From the human T2T-CHM13v2.0 reference genome, Homo sapiens, in the NCBI GenBank assembly GCA_009914755.4, contig CP068257.2:36928001-36992000 (forward strand): a stretch of DNA of 64,000 bases, given 5' to 3'. This document shows, one piece after another, positions 58,295-64,000 of this stretch. A program made the translations under genes and the position numbers. Numbering within the stretch: position 1 is the first letter of the stretch; the number at the start of each line of letters is the position of its first letter. The notes beneath the pieces were generated by a model. That model was not told the DNA's origin, did not search any database, and saw only the letters and a list, made by a program, of their open reading frames with translations.

Positions 58295-59095
58295 TTAACG
58301 GGGCAGGGGATAAGGAAGGGAAATGCAGCAACTGGTGCATTTACAGCAATTAATCCTCCCTCATCATTAAAAAACACTGCTCCATTTTGTAAATAGCAGC
58401 ACAGAGCAACCACACTGGAGAAGTCATGCTTAACAATACATTCATTTGTGGGCTTTGTGATTTTTTTCCCTCTCAAGCCATTTTGAAGAAAATCTTTGAA
58501 CACGTCTCAGTGGCTTGATGCTTCACATTAAGCTCCTTTAAGCAGCTAGAAGTTTCCTGAAGGAAACACATGAGCCTTTTACTCCTAGAACGCCAAGAGC
58601 TGGTGGAGTCCTCAAGAAAAAAACGACGATTCCAGTGGGAATGAATTTCCTTCTGAGAAGTGAAGGGCAAACCACATTGAAAAAGTTGAGCTTCATGCCT
58701 CAACTCAGAAAGTTAACCTAGCCAGGGTCCAGGCAAGAACAAAATCTGCCAGAAAGGCAGGGTGAGCTCAGACAGATTTCAAGCAGGAGCACAGGCAAGG
58801 TAATGTTCAAAATCCTGTCCAGCCCCCAGGTACTATGAATACTCAATGACATCAAATGGAGCCAGTTCCAAATTGCTAAACTTGTAGCTCATAGCTGGGT
58901 CTCCTCAAGAACTTGTCTTTAGACCCCTAAAGACACCTCTGCCACATGAAGAGACCCGAAACGCAGCTTACATCCAGAGCAAGTCCTTTGTTAATGAAAA
59001 TGTGAATGGCAAAGACATCAAGGTCTCTAGCAGTGGCCATATTTGAACATGTTTTAGGACTTTCAGATAAAATCCGATTAAAACAAACAGATTGG

Positions 59096-59259
59096 GGCCA
59101 GGCACGGTGGCTCACGCCTGTAATCCCAGCATTTTGGGAGGCCGAGGTGGGCAGATCACAAGGTCAAGAGATCGAGACCATCCTGGTCAACATGGTGAAA
59201 CCCTGTCTCTACTAAAAATACAAAAATTAGCTAGGCGTGGTGGTGCGCACCCTGTAGTC
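59096..59259 (+). mobile_element. Alu SINE fragment, 3'-truncated (left monomer plus start of right monomer, no tail)
   Basis: ggggccaggcacggtggctcacgcctgtaatcccagcattttgggaggccgaggtgggcagatcacaaggtcaagagatcgagaccatcctggtcaacatggtgaaaccctgtctctactaaaaatacaaaaattagctaggcgtggtggtgcgcaccctgtagtc, then unrelated sequence. Confidence 0.8.
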
Positions 59260-59723
59260 ATTCTTTGCAGTTCCTTGCTCTGGGGCTGCATGAAGGACTT
59301 CCACCTGTGAAAAGAAGTGGCGAATCTGGGGCCCATCATTGGAAATGCCAGCCTTCTCACTGAGTCTGCTATTTTGCAAGAAAAATCACCAACAGCATTC
59401 CCCTTAAGTAAGTCTCTCGAGATATCACCCAAGGCAGGGAATCCCCAACTTTGCTCTTGGATCAAGAAGGGCCCCCGATAAGGTTTTCAATCATCCTTAG
59501 AAAAATAGGAGGAAAGCGGAAGAACAGTACTCTTAGGCGAAATTAACATAACTGAAGTCACATTCTTTTGAAACTATGTCCTCAGATTTTTGGGGGTGGA
59601 GGTTAAAGTGTCCTTTATTTGCTGAAATGCTGATGAAATTAGAGAATAGAGGTTTTCCTCCTTTGTTAATGCCTTCACGTATTGGCATCTTGATTTCCTC
59701 CTTTTAAAAAATGTACTAGTTTT

Positions 59724-60029
<306 letters not shown>

Positions 60030-61559
60030 CTAGTTTTATGTCTTAATAGCAAATCTCCATTCTAAAATGTCTACAAAATTATGAGAATTTTATTATATAC
60101 ATGAAAACATCTATTATGGAATAAATAGGAGAAAATGTAAAATATTATGTACAGTATGATTACAATAAGAAAAAATAATACACAAATGTAAAATGAAGAT
60201 AGTTACACAAGGGTGGTATAATTGAGGCAATTTTGAGTTTTTAAATAATTGTTTAATGTCCTTAAAGCATTACTTTTTAATTAAAAGAAATTTCATGTGA
60301 ATGTTATTATAACAGATTTATAATAGACTTTTTAAATTACCTACCAAAGCATAAACATTTATCTCTACAGATATTACAGTATGCCTTTCCAAAAATAGTC
60401 AAATAAATGTTAGCTCTTCTATTACCAGTATAATGTGTACATTGTTAGTATTACTGATTGTGTCCTGTCTAAGTACGAACTCAACTGGCATATCCACATT
60501 AGGTCCTGAAGAATGGCCTCAGCCTTACTCAAGGACCGTTCTCTGATAATGTCAGCTTGAATAGAAGCAACTTAAAAATCTCCATGCAATTTCTATTAGC
60601 CTCACTCATGCTGCTGCAAGATCTACAAGCCATTTGCTCTTGTTGGGAGTGTGAAATGTTAACCAGAAAGTGTACTTATTATAGGGCGTATTATTTCTTT
60701 TCTTGCTTGCTTCTTTCTAACTGAAGATTCTGCTCTCGTTCCCCTTAAAACAATCTTCAGTGTTTCCTAGATGAAATATTTTTCTCCATCTGTCCTCTCT
60801 TCCAGCTTCCACACAGTTGTAGACTTACTCTCTTGCTGAATTTTCAGTTTTTCCTACCAAAATACCGGCTATTTTTGTTCTCTCCTTCCCCACTTCTGTC
60901 CACTTTTTAAACCATCAAAAAGCTATCTATACTACCCCAAATGCTTTCAACACCAATAATACAAAATTATATTAAAAATGTGATCTTGGAGTGGCACAGT
61001 AACCATTGTCACGGGGTCACAAAAATCACTGTTTTTAAAAAATGGTTTCCCTCACTGAATGCCCATGCTGTTCCTGGACTTCACTAGAAGTACAATAAAT
61101 AATCTTCATAAAGAACAGTCTGAAATCACCACATGGTAGACTCGCCTGAGACAATCAGGCCTTATTCCAATTACAAGCACGTTGAAATGCTAGAGAAAAT
61201 CTAACCACCACCAACATCCACCCTGCCCCCAAGAAAGAATTTACATACATTACACACATGGCCAAGAACAAGAGAAAGAAAACAGAAAGCCCCAAGGTCC
61301 AGAGTCAAAGAAAGAAATTCAGTTAGCAAGTGCTAGCTGAATCCACAGGAACCCATAGGGATTTGGGTCACAAGTGCAAGTCCTAAGCACTGCGGGTGGG
61401 GTTCCAAGGCCCAAGCAGGGACAAAGGACACAGCTTATGACCCAAGAGAAGCAGGAGAGCAAAGACTGGAACCTTTCCTAGCAAAAGTAGCTGTGTGCCT
61501 AAGGCTACGTGCAGCAAAAACAGTCATCTGTGAGAAATAAAAACCACATTTCTGTTACT

Positions 61560-62100
61560 TGTATGGTGTGTTGCAGCCCAGATAGATGATAGATAGATGA
61601 TAGAAAGATAGATAGATAATAGCTAGATAGATAAATGATAGATAGATAATAGATAAATAATAGATAGATAGATAGGAGATAGGTACGTAGGTAAATAGGT
61701 AGATGATTGATAGAAGTAGGTAGGTAGATAGGTAGGTAGGTACTAGATACATAGATGATTGATAAGTAGGTCATTAGACAGATGATTGATAGATGATAAA
61801 TGATAAATGATTGATAAATGATAGAGAGAGAGATGATAGCTAGGTAGATAAATGATTGATAGAAGATAGGTAGATAGGTAGATAGATAGATAAATGATTG
61901 ATGGAAGACAGGAAAGTAGGTAGGTAAGTAGACTGATGACTGATAGATAGTAGATAGGTAGATAGATGATACACAGAAGATAGGCAGATAGATAATTGAT
62001 AGAAGATAGGTAGGTAGATAGGTGACTGATAGATGATTAGATGTATAGATAGATGGTTGATAGAAAGATGATAGACAGATAGATAGATAAACTGATTCAT
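61560..62100. repeat. ~540-bp degenerate complex tetranucleotide repeat, (GATA)n/(GATG)n/(GGTA)n mixture
   Basis: gatagatgatagaaagatagatagataatagctagatagataaatgatagatagataatagataaataatagatagatagataggagataggtacgtaggtaaataggtagatgattgatag... read directly. Six-frame ORFs here (e.g. 61505-61774, 61840-62118) are repeat translations (IYLSI...). Confidence 0.85.
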
Positions 62101-63114
62101 GACCAACTGATTCAACACCCCTAGGGCTCTGGCAGAAGCAAAAATAAAACTACTTTATAGAGACACTTTCATAGCTTACATTATAGAGAATTCACAAAGA
62201 AAGAACAATCCTCACTGAAGATAAGCTCACAAGAAAATTTTGTAAAGTACATGAAGAAAAAAACCAAAATAAGTAGATTTTAGTAGATGTAGTAGATACA
62301 AAAAGATTGAGGATTAGCACCCCAAACAGCATGGATAAAAGATCAAACAAAAGCATCTATAAAGTTAATTTAAAATGACTTTTTAAAAACAGAAATTTAA
62401 ACCATAATAAAAAGCAGCAGAGTATAAATCAATAACAGACAGAGCTGAAATAACTGAAGACAAATTCCAGAAATAAAAATTTAATAGACTATCTTAAAAT
62501 TAGTTATTCAAAAATGGTAAGAGAAATTACTGAACTACCTAGAAAGAAGGAAAAACAGAGATGTTAAGGAGTGTGGAGGCTAGCATGAGATGTCCAAGTG
62601 AACAGTGAAAATGAGGGATAAAAATTATTCAGAAGATATATTTGGAGATAAATAATAACCAGATTTTAGAGAAAGAAATGAGACTTCAGATTTTTTTTTA
62701 AAAAAGGAGTCCTGAGCAAAATAAACATAATTAAATCCACATCTAGTCATATCATGATAAAACATCAAAGACAAAGACAAAGTATTAAAAGTGACCAGAG
62801 AATAGAATAAAGATTATCTACAAAGGAAACAACCTGATGGATACAAGATTTCTCATCAGCAACAACAGACGCCAGAAGGGAATAAAATAATGCCTTCAAA
62901 GTGCTGCTGGAAAATAACTGGCAACCTAAAATTCTACGTCAGGCAAAACTAACATTCAAGAGTGAGTATAAATTGAAGAAATGTTGAGGGAAAGACCAAA
63001 AGATTTTACTACTTACAGACACTTAATTAAAGAGCTATTAGAGTATATCTTCAATAAGAAGAAAATTAAACCCAGAAAGGAAAAAAATGAAATTCAAAAT
63101 ACAAAGGTAAACAG

Positions 63115-63405
63115 GCTGGGCGTGGTGGCTCACGCCTGTAATCCCAGCGCCTCCTGAGGCAGTCGGATCATGAGGTCAGAAGATCGAGACCATCCTGGCC
63201 AACATGGTGAAACCCCGTCTCTACTAAAAATACAAAAAATTAGCCGGGCATGGTGGCGGGCACCTGTAGTCCCAGCTACTCCTGAGAGGCTGAGGCAGGA
63301 GAATGGCATGAACCCGGGAGGCTGAGCTTGCAGTGAGCCCAGATTGCGCTGCACCACTGCACTCCAGCCTGGGCGACAGAGCCAGACTCCGTCTCAAAAA
63401 AAAAA
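63115..63405 (+). mobile_element. AluY SINE, full length, short poly(A); perfect 18-bp TSD aaaatacaaaggtaaaca (63097-63114 and 63402-63419)
   Basis: ggctgggcgtggtggctcacgcctgtaatcccagcgcctcctgaggcagtcggatcatgaggtcagaagatcgagaccatcctggccaacatggtgaaaccccgtctctactaaaaatacaaaaaattagccgggcatggtggcgggcacctgtagtcccagctactcctgagaggctgaggcaggagaatggcatgaacccgggaggctgagcttgcagtgagcccagattgcgctgcaccactgcactccagcctgggcgacagagccagactccgtctc; TSD read directly. Confidence 0.9.
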
Positions 63406-64000
63406 TACAAAGGTAAACAAAGACAATTATGAGTGGATATATATGCATCTTAAATTCAATTTTAAAAGAAAATTATGAGTTGATAAATCAAGATAAGCAT
63501 TGATACAATTAAAGAGATAATAGTAATGATTAACTTTAGAAATCATTACTAAAACAAAGCAGAACTAAAGAACTAGGTAACAGTAACCTGAGAGCTGGAA
63601 GTAGGGGAGCAGAGTCAGAGGGCCTTGGATCGTTTGGAAAGTGGGTAGAAACAATGCTGATGTCAGACTTTGTTAGGTGAGGGATAATTAGACAATCGTA
63701 AGAAGAGTCTAACCAGACTAAAATTAGAGTGTATAACATTCCCAAAACAGGAGATTGGGATAGGCAGCATAAATAAATTTGATAAAGTCAGGAAAAATGA
63801 AAGTCACAAAATAAGTTGACAGTAACAACTACAAATATATTTTGTATATATTGTAATTTACACAATATATAAATTAATCTCACTTGTCAAAACATAAATA
63901 TTCTCAGCCTGGATGATTTTTAAAAATCCAGTTATACTCTGTTTATGAGAGATGTATCTAAACCATAAATAAACAGAAAAGTTTAACATACATTTACTGA

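Overview
This window is not prokaryotic. It is primate, almost certainly human, nuclear genomic DNA, AT-rich and densely packed with interspersed repeats. I find at least 18 Alu SINEs (several young AluY copies with intact target-site duplications), a ~3.8 kb L1 insertion with the 5'-inverted architecture of twin priming, and several older L1/L2 fragments. I also find a solo HERV-K-type LTR (LTR5-like) flanked by a perfect 6-bp target-site duplication, MaLR-like LTR remnants and a number of microsatellites. I see no convincing protein-coding gene, tRNA, rRNA or CRISPR array. The ORFs in the six-frame track are almost all translations of Alu or L1 sequence (for example '...[12 protein letters not shown]...', '...AQAGVQW...', L1 ORF2 remnants) or low-complexity junk. 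None looks like a real CDS, though I cannot exclude an unrecognised exon without a database search. There is no 'novel biological system' in the prokaryotic sense. The things most worth a second look are structural. These are a CpG-retaining ~500 bp block with a GC box and a 3x29-bp tandem repeat (possible orphan promoter or young LTR), the twin-primed L1, the solo LTR5, a closely spaced inverted Alu pair, and an Alu carrying a duplicated left monomer inside a single TSD pair. They also include an AT-rich ~115 bp near-palindrome and several long unstable simple repeats. All coordinates were read by eye from the sequence and may be off by a few bases.
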